Positions 19,322 to 29,205 of a DNA stretch of 64,000 nucleotides are shown in pieces. Location of the stretch: assembly GCA_947627435.1 (NCBI GenBank), contig CANQWB010000001.1, positions 7,952 through 71,951 on the forward strand. Direction: 5' to 3'. Each line of letters starts with the position of its first letter. Position 1 is the first letter of the stretch. Both the position numbers and the translations under genes were made by a program. The notes beneath the pieces were generated by a model that was not told the origin of the DNA, did not search any database, and worked only from the letters and a program-made list of their open reading frames with translations. The DNA comes from an uncultured Bacilli bacterium. Its GTDB lineage: Bacteria > Bacillota_I > Bacilli_A > RF39 > UBA660.

Positions 19322-19400
19322 AATCATAGAATAGTTTCAAATAGTAAGCATTTCTAATATTTACTATTTGTAAACGGGGGGGGGGTACCCCTCTTTTTTA
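19322..19400 (+). promoter_or_regulatory. conserved leader copy 1: 10-bp hairpin (CAAATAGTAA..TTACTATTTG) + G10 tract + CCCC + T-run
   Basis: About 90% identical to 43375-43450; poly-G 19376-19385 (10 G) versus 9 G in the paralogous leader. Confidence 0.45.
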
Positions 19401-19497
19401 TTGTCTTGAAAAGAAAAATAAAATATAGTACACTAGTGGTGTATATAAGAATAAAAGAATTAGAAAAGTATCAGAATAGGAGTAAGGAGAGATGTAT

Positions 19498-20949
19498 ATG
19501 AAGAAAAAAGGATTTACATTGATAGAATTATTAGCGGTAATCGTAATACTTGCAATTATCGCACTAATCGCAACGCCAATGATTATGGGTGTAATAGAAG
19601 ATGCCAGAAAAGGAGCAGCAATTCAATCAGTAAATGGATTACTAGAAGCAGGAGAACAATATCAAATAGAAGGAATGCTAGAGGGGAATTCTTCAAATGT
19701 AATTGATTTAACAAGTGATACATTAAGTATAAAAGGAAGTAAACCAGAAAGTGGCTTATTAGTAATAGATAATAGTGGAGATATGAGTATTATAGCAAAA
19801 TACGGAAAATACTGTATCGAAAAGAAATATGAAGATGAAGAGCCAACAATAGTAGAAAAAAATCCATGTGTGATAGAAGAAGATGAAGTTGATGTCAAAA
19901 TCTATGGAGTAAAAAGAAAAATTAATAGCTCATCAACAGAGTGGGAAAGAATCGATAATAGTGTTGGATTAGAAGCAAAAGCACAAATAGGAACACAAGA
20001 AGTAACAAATGATTTTGACAATATTTATCCATGGAGTGAAATATATACTTACAGTTGGAATAAAGCAACAGGAAAAGAGACAAGATGGAATGAAGAAGGA
20101 TTTTCATATACTGATGATTATGTATTTACAAAAATACCAGAATTTTATTATAGAAGATATCAAGAGAATGGATATGAATATGTTTTAATATCTAAAAATA
20201 AAATAGAAGGATATACAAAAAGCAATGAATTTTCAATAGGAAGATATACGATGTCAGGAACTGAAACAGGGGTTTATAGTAAAAGTGGAGCACAACCGTT
20301 AAGAAATAAAACAATAGGCGAATTTAGAGACTATGCAAGAGCCTTAGGAAATGAATTCAGTCAATTAGATTATCATTACTTTATTATTCAATTATTATAT
20401 TTAGTAGAATATGCAAATTATGATTCTCAAGAAAAATTAGGAAGAGGAAATGTGGCCAATAGTATAGTAATATCTAGTGGTGGTTGCGATACATTAGGCA
20501 TGAAATCAGGGACACTTAATAATGATGGACAACATTCCATGATATATAGAGGAATGGAAGATATTTATGGAAATATATTTCAATTTGTAGATGGAATTAA
20601 TATCAAAGATTATCAAGCATATGTATGTTATAATCCAAATCAATATGAATCAGATACATTTGAAGGCTATTATCAACAATTAGGTTATGTAAATACAATT
20701 GCGGGAGGATATATCAAAAAACTAGGATATGATGTCAATCATTCATTAATCAGTTTTCCATTAGAGGTAGGTGGAAAAGAAAATACATATATTCCAGATA
20801 GTTATTATCGATCTTCTGGAAATAGAATAGTAATGGTTGGTGGGCTTGGAAATCGTGATTCTCAGGCAGGCTTGTGGTGTTGGGACTGTAATAATCCTTC
20901 GTCCATTGTTGGTGACTATATCAGTGCTCGCCTTATTAAAACTAGTTAG
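19498..20949 (+). CDS. modular type IV prepilin-like protein (class III signal peptide + about 450-aa C-terminal module), paralog A
   Basis: N-terminus MKKKGFTLIELLAVIVILAIIALIATPMIMGV (G/FTLIE prepilin peptidase site, Glu+5); C-terminal half highly similar to 43476-44963. Confidence 0.7.
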   Translation: MKKKGFTLIELLAVIVILAIIALIATPMIMGVIEDARKGAAIQSVNGLLEAGEQYQIEGMLEGNSSNVIDLTSDTLSIKGSKPESGLLVIDNSGDMSIIAKYGKYCIEKKYEDEEPTIVEKNPCVIEEDEVDVKIYGVKRKINSSSTEWERIDNSVGLEAKAQIGTQEVTNDFDNIYPWSEIYTYSWNKATGKETRWNEEGFSYTDDYVFTKIPEFYYRRYQENGYEYVLISKNKIEGYTKSNEFSIGRYTMSGTETGVYSKSGAQPLRNKTIGEFRDYARALGNEFSQLDYHYFIIQLLYLVEYANYDSQEKLGRGNVANSIVISSGGCDTLGMKSGTLNNDGQHSMIYRGMEDIYGNIFQFVDGINIKDYQAYVCYNPNQYESDTFEGYYQQLGYVNTIAGGYIKKLGYDVNHSLISFPLEVGGKENTYIPDSYYRSSGNRIVMVGGLGNRDSQAGLWCWDCNNPSSIVGDYISARLIKTS

Positions 20950-21044
20950 GAAAGATAAAATGTTCAAAGTTTTGTTGAAAATTCGATAAAAAAGGGATAA
21001 GGAATCTTTCCTTTTTTTGTTTAAAGGAAATTTGAATATGGATA

Positions 21045-22817
21045 TTGTATGATATTAGTATGATAGAAGAATTTGTTGAAACAATTTTACAATATAAAAA
21101 ACAGTATATTACACTTATGCAGTTGGAACAGTTAAAAATACAATATAAAATAGTGTGTAAAAAAACACATAATCGTCAATTTAAAAAACAATATAAGCAT
21201 TTAGATACATTAATAGAAAAATGGAATCAAGAATATATACATCAGGAAGAACAAAAAGTAAAGAATTTATTAGATGATGTAAAAGGCTATCCTTTAGATT
21301 CTGAACAAAGAGAAGTCGTTTTAAGCGAGGAACAAAATACGTTAGTAATTGCAGGTGCAGGAAGTGGCAAATCACTTACTATGATTGGAAAAATTAGATA
21401 TTTAGTCGAACGAAAGAAAATATCACTGGATCAAATACTTTGTATTTCATTTACTAATGATGCAACAAAAAGTTTAAAAAATACATTAAAGCAATATTAC
21501 AACTACGATTTACCAGTCCTTACCTTTCATAAATTGGCCTTAAAAATTATTCGTAATCAAAAGATAGACATAAAAATCGCAGATCCTAATGCGTTAGAAA
21601 AGACTGTGGAAAACTATTTTGAAATAACTATTTTTGAAGAAATAGATGCTCAAAAGTGGTTATGCAAACACTTTTTTCACAAAAATAAAGAAAAAATAGA
21701 TAAAAAAGCATACAAAAAGCAAAGTTTTCCACAAATTTATAAAGAAATACAAAAAACCAGTGTCTTTCAAAAATATCAAAAAATAATTCCAACTTTTATC
21801 CGTTTGATGAAAGCCAACCAAAAAGAAATAAATGATATGCATTCGTATATTTTAGAAAGTAAATTTCTAAAAAGGTGGAATCAACCAGATACTTATTTTT
21901 TACTATTAATCAAACGAATCTATGTACACTATCAAAAGTTTCTTCAAAATAATCAACAAATGGATTTTGATGATTTAATTTTTTACGCTACAAAATTGGT
22001 AAAACAGGATGAAACATTACATTATCATTATATACTGATTGATGAATATCAAGATACATCAGAAACAAGATATCAACTCATAAAAGCAATCATAGAAAAA
22101 ATCAATGCAAAATTGATTGCTGTAGGAGATGATTTTCAGTCCATCTATCGCTTTACAGGATGTAACTTGGATATATTTTTAAAATTTAAAACTTATTTTC
22201 CATATGCTAAAATTCTGAAAATTCAAACAACATATCGCAACAGTCAAGAACTCATTGACGTTGCGGGATCCTTTGTTATGCGAAACTCTCGGCAAATGAA
22301 AAAACAATTGGTATCCAATAAAACGATACAAAAACCAATTCATATTGTCTATTATCAAAATCTAGTTTCAAAACTAAAAGAAATACTGAATCGACTAGAA
22401 TCCAAACAAGTATATTTATTGGGTCGTAATCATAGAGATATCATTCCTATTTTAGAGGATTCTGATTTTCTAAGTGATGACGGGAAAACCATTCAATATC
22501 AAAAACGCAAAGAATTAGAAATTACCTTTTTTACAGTACATACATCGAAGGGATTAGAAAGTGATATTGTGATTGTACTCAATAATACAAATAATATATT
22601 AGGTTTTCCAAGCCAGTTAGAAGAGGACGAAATTTTAAAATACGTAAATGTCAATCATGATTTTTATCCCTATGAAGAAGAAAGACGCCTTTTTTATGTC
22701 GCAATTACAAGAACAAAAAATATCGTATATCTCATGGTATCAAAAAAGAATCCATCTATATTTATACAAGAATTGTTGCGTAAGAATAGAAGGGATATCT
22801 TATTACAAAGCAAGTAA
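21045..22817 (+). CDS. UvrD/HelD-like superfamily-1 DNA helicase (compact, 590 aa)
   Basis: Motifs I AGAGSGKS, II DEYQDTS, III GDDFQSIYRFTG, V VHTSKGLESD, VI YVAITRTK. Confidence 0.75.
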   Translation: MYDISMIEEFVETILQYKKQYITLMQLEQLKIQYKIVCKKTHNRQFKKQYKHLDTLIEKWNQEYIHQEEQKVKNLLDDVKGYPLDSEQREVVLSEEQNTLVIAGAGSGKSLTMIGKIRYLVERKKISLDQILCISFTNDATKSLKNTLKQYYNYDLPVLTFHKLALKIIRNQKIDIKIADPNALEKTVENYFEITIFEEIDAQKWLCKHFFHKNKEKIDKKAYKKQSFPQIYKEIQKTSVFQKYQKIIPTFIRLMKANQKEINDMHSYILESKFLKRWNQPDTYFLLLIKRIYVHYQKFLQNNQQMDFDDLIFYATKLVKQDETLHYHYILIDEYQDTSETRYQLIKAIIEKINAKLIAVGDDFQSIYRFTGCNLDIFLKFKTYFPYAKILKIQTTYRNSQELIDVAGSFVMRNSRQMKKQLVSNKTIQKPIHIVYYQNLVSKLKEILNRLESKQVYLLGRNHRDIIPILEDSDFLSDDGKTIQYQKRKELEITFFTVHTSKGLESDIVIVLNNTNNILGFPSQLEEDEILKYVNVNHDFYPYEEERRLFYVAITRTKNIVYLMVSKKNPSIFIQELLRKNRRDILLQSK

Positions 22818-22846
22818 GTTATGGTATAATAAAATTAGGTGGTAGT

Positions 22847-25222
22847 ATGTTACAAACAAATAGAATAGACATTGTACCAAATTCATATAAAAGAAAAGAA
22901 CTCATACATGCAACAGCAACAAAAAAATTCCAAAAAAAAGTCTATATGACTTTAGAAGAATTAATGGAGAAAATGACATTTATAATCACTCCAAAATCGC
23001 TATATTATTTGATGAAAGAATATCATTTTTCTTATGGAACTGCAAATATGTATTTAAAGCATTTAAAATACGTATATGATGTAACCGAAAGTAGTCATCC
23101 CAATATTCAAAAATTGTTAGAAATAAAGAACATATTAGAACGTGAACATTTATTAGAAATAGATTCCACCTTTCAAAAATATATCAAAGGAAAAACCATC
23201 TGCGTAAAAGGATATGTACTTACCAAAGAACAACAAAAATTTTTAAATATCCTTAAAAATACTGCCAATGTAGAAATTGTCCAAGAACAAGAAAAATCTT
23301 ATACACATCCTGTTTATGGATTTGAAACAATTGATGATGAAATTGCCTATATTGCATCTGATATTGCAAAGAGATTACAAAATGGAACAGCACTTGATAA
23401 AATTTTTTTAACCAATGTAACTGAAGAATATGAAATTCCATTACATCGTATATTTGATATGTATGGTATTCCTTTAGAAGAAAAAAGCAACCATACTCTA
23501 TATGGAAATACCTTGATACAATCATGGCTGAATATGATTGCATCTTGTACAAATAAAGAAGAAGCAATACAAACCATCCCAATACCAGACGATACATTAG
23601 AATTACCATTGTATGAAGCATTTATTGAAATATGTAATCGCTATGTTATGTTACCAAAAGATGATATTTGGTTTACTTGTATTGTAGAAACATGCAAACA
23701 ACAAACTATTACAGAACCAAAACTTATATCAGCAGTACATATTCAAGATTTTAGAAAAGATTTTTTTAAAGAAGATGATATTGTATATGTTTTAGGTATG
23801 AATCAAGAGAATATTCCTAGAGTATATCAAGATGAAAATTATTTAAATGATACTTGTTGTAAAATACTTGGAATAGATACGACACAAGATAAAAATCAAT
23901 ATGAAAGAAATATAGTTGTTCAAAAAATAAATGCCATTCCTAGAGCAATTTTAACGTATAAGAAAAAAACACCATTTTTATCTTTTTATCGTTCATCCAT
24001 ATTAGATATCTTAGACTGTAAAGAAGAAAAACCAAACACCAATATTTATCAGTATTCAGATACTTGGAATCAAATAGCGCTTGCCCGTCAGATGGATCAA
24101 TATCTAAAATACAATCAAAAAGAAAAAACATTGGACTTACTATATGCACATTATCCTAATTTGCAATATTGTACCTATGATAATCAATATCAGAAAATTG
24201 ATATTCATCATTTCCATGATTATATGCATCAAAAATTATTGCTTTCTTATACGAGTTTAGATCATTATAACCGTTGTGGGTTTCGTTATTATATGTCTAA
24301 TATTTTAAAAGTAGAAGCATATCAAGAAACATTTGCGCAAACAATTGGAAATTTATTTCACTATTTTTTATCCATTGCCTTCCAACCATCTTTTGATTTT
24401 GATTTAGAATGGGGAAAATATCATCAAGACAATACCTATACTGCAAAAGAACAATTTTTCTTGAAAAAATTAAAACAAGAATTATTGTTTGTGATTGATA
24501 CAATCAAGGAACAAAATCAATATACTTCTTGTAAAGAAGAAAAGTATGAACAAAAGATATTTACAAATATTGAAGGAAATATCAAAATTACATTTATGGG
24601 AATTGTGGACAAAATAAAATACCAAGAAGAAGATGGCGTTATTTATGCCACTATTATTGATTATAAGACAGGTACTTTAGAAACCAATTTAAATCAAAGT
24701 ATCTATGGAATCGGTATGCAGTTACCTATCTATTTATATTTAGTCAAAAATCAACCAGGATGGAAATCGATTAAAGTGTTAGGCTTTTATTTACAAAAAA
24801 TGATTCAAAATGAAATCAACAATGATGAAAATAAAGATTATAAAAAACTAAAAAAAGACAACCTGAAGTTAGAAGGATACAGTATCAATCAAATGGATTT
24901 ATTAGAAAAATTAGATTCTACTTATAAAGATAGCCAAATGATTAAAAGTTTAAAAGTAGGCAAAAATGGATTTTACGCGTATGCTAAAGTTTTGAGTGAA
25001 AAACAGATGGAACAACTGATTCATCTAACACAAAAGCAAATTGAACAAGCTGCACATAAAATCGAACAAGCGGATTTTACGATTAATCCAAAACAGATTG
25101 GGCAAAAATTAGTTGGATGCGAATTTTGCAAATATCAAGATTTATGTTTTAAAACAGCTAAAGATATTGTACCTTTAAAGGAATATAAAAATTTAGAATT
25201 CTTAGAGGAGGGCTTAAGATGA
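22847..25222 (+). CDS. addB: ATP-dependent helicase/nuclease subunit B (AddB/RexB)
   Basis: 791 aa directly upstream of addA and translationally coupled to it; C-terminal nuclease region with Cys cluster GCEFCKYQDLCF; no helicase Walker A. Confidence 0.75.
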   Translation: MLQTNRIDIVPNSYKRKELIHATATKKFQKKVYMTLEELMEKMTFIITPKSLYYLMKEYHFSYGTANMYLKHLKYVYDVTESSHPNIQKLLEIKNILEREHLLEIDSTFQKYIKGKTICVKGYVLTKEQQKFLNILKNTANVEIVQEQEKSYTHPVYGFETIDDEIAYIASDIAKRLQNGTALDKIFLTNVTEEYEIPLHRIFDMYGIPLEEKSNHTLYGNTLIQSWLNMIASCTNKEEAIQTIPIPDDTLELPLYEAFIEICNRYVMLPKDDIWFTCIVETCKQQTITEPKLISAVHIQDFRKDFFKEDDIVYVLGMNQENIPRVYQDENYLNDTCCKILGIDTTQDKNQYERNIVVQKINAIPRAILTYKKKTPFLSFYRSSILDILDCKEEKPNTNIYQYSDTWNQIALARQMDQYLKYNQKEKTLDLLYAHYPNLQYCTYDNQYQKIDIHHFHDYMHQKLLLSYTSLDHYNRCGFRYYMSNILKVEAYQETFAQTIGNLFHYFLSIAFQPSFDFDLEWGKYHQDNTYTAKEQFFLKKLKQELLFVIDTIKEQNQYTSCKEEKYEQKIFTNIEGNIKITFMGIVDKIKYQEEDGVIYATIIDYKTGTLETNLNQSIYGIGMQLPIYLYLVKNQPGWKSIKVLGFYLQKMIQNEINNDENKDYKKLKKDNLKLEGYSINQMDLLEKLDSTYKDSQMIKSLKVGKNGFYAYAKVLSEKQMEQLIHLTQKQIEQAAHKIEQADFTINPKQIGQKLVGCEFCKYQDLCFKTAKDIVPLKEYKNLEFLEEGLR

Positions 25223-28200
25223 CAAAATGGACAGAAGCACAATTAGAAGCAATCCAAAAAGAGGGTATGCCTATTTTAGTCAGTGCAGGTGCAGGAAGTG
25301 GAAAAACAGCTGTCTTAACAGAGCGTGTATTTCGGAAAGTGAAAGAAGGTGTTCCTTTAAATTCGCTTTTGATTTTGACCTTTACCAAAGCTGCAGCTGG
25401 AGAAATGAAACAACGTATTCGTATGCGCTTACAAAAAGAAGGATTTATAGAAGAAGCAAAACAAGTAGATGCGTCTTACATTACAACATTCGATAGTTAT
25501 GCCTTATCTTTAGTTAAAAAATATCATTATATCTGTGAAGTGGATCAAAATATCGCTATAGTAGATTCTAGTATAATTGCATTAGAAAAAGAAAAGATAT
25601 TAGATCAAATTTTTGAAAATAGATATGAAACAGATTCTGCATTTTGTAATTTCATTTCCAAATTTTGTACAAAGGATGATACTGAACTCAAAAGTGATCT
25701 TTTAAACATGCATCATAAGTTAGATTTAAAATATGATAAATGCAAGTATTTAAAAACATATATAGAAGAAGAAATGTCTGAAGATAAAATAGATAGCAAA
25801 ATAGATGCATATCTTAAATTATTGCAATCTTATATTCAAGATTTAAATCAGGAAATGGAAGAACTTCAATTATTACATGAAGAATATTATCATCAAGTGT
25901 ATGATGTTTTATGTAGTTTACTCAACAGTCATACTTATGAAGAGATAAAAAAGAATTGCCAAGTTATGATACCAAGAGTTCCTGATAGTGAAGAAGAAGT
26001 AAAAACAGTCAAAGAAGATATTGCTTCTATTTTAAAAGAAATCATAAAACTGACTCGTTTTGAATCTATTTCACAAATAAAACAAGATTTATTATCTACC
26101 AAAGAAGATATCCAAGTCATTATTTCGATTCTTCTAGAATTAGAACAAACATTAGAAAATTGGAAAAAGTGGCATAATGCCTATGAATTTCATGATATAG
26201 CCAATATGGCAATTCGTGTCATTGAAGAAAATGATTGGATTCAGGAAGAACTCAAAAATAGTTGGAATGAAATTTTGTTAGATGAATATCAAGATACTAA
26301 CGATTTACAGGAACGTTTGATTGGTTTAATTGCAAATAAAAATGTCTATATGGTGGGAGACATTAAGCAATCTATTTACAGGTTCCGTAATGCCAATCCA
26401 AAGATATTTAAAGAAAAATATGACTGGTACCGTGAAGGAAAAGAAGGAATCAAAATAGATTTAACAACAAACTTCCGTTCTAGAAAAGAACCATTAGAAG
26501 ATATCAATCTTATTTTTAATCATCTTTTAAAAGAAGAAACAGGTGGTGCAGATTATAAAAAAGAACATCAGATGATTTTTGGAAATCAAGATTATGAACA
26601 AGATCCACCAAAAGAAAATAGACATCTTCGTATATTAGAATATGAAGAACAAGAAAACTATACCAAAGAAGAAATGGAAGCTTTTATTGTTGCACAAGAT
26701 ATTCAAGATAAGATAAACAATCATTTTCAAGTAATGGATCAAAAAACAAAAAATTTAAGAGATGTTACTTATTGTGATTTTGTAATTTTAGTGGATCGTG
26801 CAACACAGTTTGATTTGTATCGTAAAATATTTGATGCAAACAATATTCCTTTTACAGTATATAAAGATGAAACTATTACATCGGGAATTGAAATTCGTCT
26901 TTTCTATCATATTTTAAAATGTATGGAAAAAATGGAAAACCATGTATTTGATGAGGAATGGAAATATGCATATATTAGTATTTCAAGAAGTTATTTATTA
27001 GAAGAAAAAGATTCTGATATTTTTGAGACAATTCGAAATCAAGATTATGAGCATACCAAATTGTGGGGACACATCGTACATTTATTAGAACAAAAAAATA
27101 TAGGAAATAATGAAACTTTATTACAAGCGATTATCAAAGAATTTGATTTCTATGCTGCTTTCATTAAAGTAGGCAAGGTAGAAGAAAGTATGATTCGAAT
27201 CGAATATTTATTATCTTTGGCCAAAAATTTATCTATTTTAGGTTATGATTGGCATAAAATGATGGAATTCTTGAAAGAAATTGCAGATCGTAAATATGAA
27301 ATTCGTTTTTCCCAAAATGTAGAACATGAAAATAGTGTACATATGATGACAATACATAAATCGAAAGGACTAGAATATCCTATTTGTTATTACACAGGAT
27401 TATATGTAAAATTTAATCAAAGTGAAATTAAAGAACGAATGATTTATGATGAGACTTATGGTTTCATTGTTCCGGTTGTTCGAAATGGAATACAATCGAC
27501 GATGTATAAGGATTTGATGAAATATAAATATCGTAAAGAAGAAATGGCAGAAAAGATTCGCTTATTCTATGTGGCTTTAACAAGAGTGCGTGAACAAATC
27601 ATTTTGGTTTTACCGAAAGTAACTACAAAACCACATGTAAAACATTATCAATCATTTATGGATATGATAAAATCTGTTTATGAAAAATTAGAAAATTATG
27701 TAGAAGATGTAGTACCTACATTATCGAAAGATTATTTATATCATAAACCTTTACAACTAATGGATAGAAAAGAAGATACTTTAGTGGTAACGCCTACTTT
27801 AGTTGATGTTGAAACTTTCAAAGATACTTCTTTTTCTAAGAAGATTGTAAAAGAAATAGATCAGAATCAATATCAAAATATTGAGTTTGGTAAATATGTC
27901 CATCATATTTTAGAATGTTTTGATTTTGAACATCCTAATTATGAAGATATTCCGATCTTTTTACAAAATAAAATTAAAAAATTTTTAAAAACTCCTATAT
28001 TTCAAGATCATATTTTACATATTTATCAAGAATATGAATTTTATGAAATGGAAGATAAAGAATTGTTACATGGAATTATTGACCTTATGGTAGAATATGA
28101 AGATGCAATCTATATTGTGGATTATAAATTAAAGCAAATTGATGATGATGCATATAGAAAACAGTTAAAAGGCTATCAAACATATATAGAAAAGATTACA

Positions 28201-28263
28201 AGTAAAAAAGTATGCACTTATCTTTATTCTATTTTAGATGAGACATTAGAACAAATACCATAA
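25219..28263 (+). CDS. addA: ATP-dependent helicase/nuclease subunit A (AddA/RexA)
   Basis: 1014 aa; N-term TEAQLEAIQKEGMPILVSAGAGSGKT (UvrD motif I), DEYQDTN, VHKSKGLEYP, C-terminal PD-(D/E)xK nuclease (IIDLMVEYEDAIYIVDYK). Confidence 0.85.
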   Translation: MTKWTEAQLEAIQKEGMPILVSAGAGSGKTAVLTERVFRKVKEGVPLNSLLILTFTKAAAGEMKQRIRMRLQKEGFIEEAKQVDASYITTFDSYALSLVKKYHYICEVDQNIAIVDSSIIALEKEKILDQIFENRYETDSAFCNFISKFCTKDDTELKSDLLNMHHKLDLKYDKCKYLKTYIEEEMSEDKIDSKIDAYLKLLQSYIQDLNQEMEELQLLHEEYYHQVYDVLCSLLNSHTYEEIKKNCQVMIPRVPDSEEEVKTVKEDIASILKEIIKLTRFESISQIKQDLLSTKEDIQVIISILLELEQTLENWKKWHNAYEFHDIANMAIRVIEENDWIQEELKNSWNEILLDEYQDTNDLQERLIGLIANKNVYMVGDIKQSIYRFRNANPKIFKEKYDWYREGKEGIKIDLTTNFRSRKEPLEDINLIFNHLLKEETGGADYKKEHQMIFGNQDYEQDPPKENRHLRILEYEEQENYTKEEMEAFIVAQDIQDKINNHFQVMDQKTKNLRDVTYCDFVILVDRATQFDLYRKIFDANNIPFTVYKDETITSGIEIRLFYHILKCMEKMENHVFDEEWKYAYISISRSYLLEEKDSDIFETIRNQDYEHTKLWGHIVHLLEQKNIGNNETLLQAIIKEFDFYAAFIKVGKVEESMIRIEYLLSLAKNLSILGYDWHKMMEFLKEIADRKYEIRFSQNVEHENSVHMMTIHKSKGLEYPICYYTGLYVKFNQSEIKERMIYDETYGFIVPVVRNGIQSTMYKDLMKYKYRKEEMAEKIRLFYVALTRVREQIILVLPKVTTKPHVKHYQSFMDMIKSVYEKLENYVEDVVPTLSKDYLYHKPLQLMDRKEDTLVVTPTLVDVETFKDTSFSKKIVKEIDQNQYQNIEFGKYVHHILECFDFEHPNYEDIPIFLQNKIKKFLKTPIFQDHILHIYQEYEFYEMEDKELLHGIIDLMVEYEDAIYIVDYKLKQIDDDAYRKQLKGYQTYIEKITSKKVCTYLYSILDETLEQIP

Positions 28264-28466
28264 AAAATGAGTCCAATGGTCAAAATGCAGAAACTATAAG
28301 TCAAGAGATAAAACTACTACACTTGATATTAAAACTGCATCCAAAGAAAATTTAATTGCGTTAATCCTTTTATTGTTTTGACTGCAGATGCTGTTTCAGG
28401 TGTGAAAAAATATTTGTCAAAAGGATTTATAGATTCAATTGTAAAATCAAAGTTAAATAAAATCAC

Positions 28467-29096
28467 CTAATAGAGCAAGGTGATTTTTCTTGACTTAATT
28501 TCAATAAAACCTTCTTCTTTTAAATGTTTTAATTCTCGAGACATGGCACATCGATCTACAGCTAGATAATCTGCTAATTCTGTAAAACTAAAAGGAAGAT
28601 AGATGTTTTTAGAAACGTTCTTTTCCGACATGATTTTAAAATATTCTAGTAGCTTATTACGAATTGATTTTTTCGTTAAAATCTCAATGCGATCATTTTT
28701 TTCGGAGATTTTAGAAGATAGTATTTGTAATAAATTTTGAATGAATTGATGATAAAAAGAATAATTATTGTAAGAACTTTCAATAATGCGATTATATTCG
28801 ATGATAATAATTTTGGCATCTTCTTTTACTAAGATATCACTTTCATTACTTGAAATAGCAGAAAACATGGTTCCAAAAACAGAATTTGGTTCTAGTTCTT
28901 CAATGATGGTTCTATTTCCATTGTAATCGTTTTGAATAATCTGAAGATATCCAGATAGAACAACACCGATCATGTTTTCAATGTTTATTTTAGAAAGGAT
29001 AGTTGTATCTTTCTTGAAAAAATAGGTGTTTGCTTCTAGCAACTTTAACAATTTTTCTTGGTTTTTATCATTGATTTGATCAAACAAATTAGCCAT
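28467..29096 (-). CDS. Crp/Fnr-family transcriptional regulator (start revised to MANLF Met with RBS AAGAGGTG)
   Basis: cNMP-binding-like N-terminal domain and C-terminal HTH (FSFTELADYLAVDRCAMSRELKHLKEEGFI). Confidence 0.75.
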   Translation of the reverse strand: MANLFDQINDKNQEKLLKLLEANTYFFKKDTTILSKINIENMIGVVLSGYLQIIQNDYNGNRTIIEELEPNSVFGTMFSAISSNESDILVKEDAKIIIIEYNRIIESSYNNYSFYHQFIQNLLQILSSKISEKNDRIEILTKKSIRNKLLEYFKIMSEKNVSKNIYLPFSFTELADYLAVDRCAMSRELKHLKEEGFIEIKSRKITLLY

Positions 29097-29136
29097 GTTT
29101 ACACCTCTTGTAAAAATAATATCACTTTTTTCAAAA

Positions 29137-29152
29137 TGTTGCAATTGCAACA
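29137..29152. promoter_or_regulatory. perfect 16-bp palindrome TGTTGCAATTGCAACA in the crp/fnr - nrdD divergent region (candidate operator)
   Basis: Exact self-complementary 16-mer read from sequence, 54 bp upstream of nrdD start. Confidence 0.4.
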
Positions 29153-29205
29153 ATTACATTTTTTTGAAATGTGCTATAGTGAGTGTAATGTAGGAGGTAG
29201 TAAGT

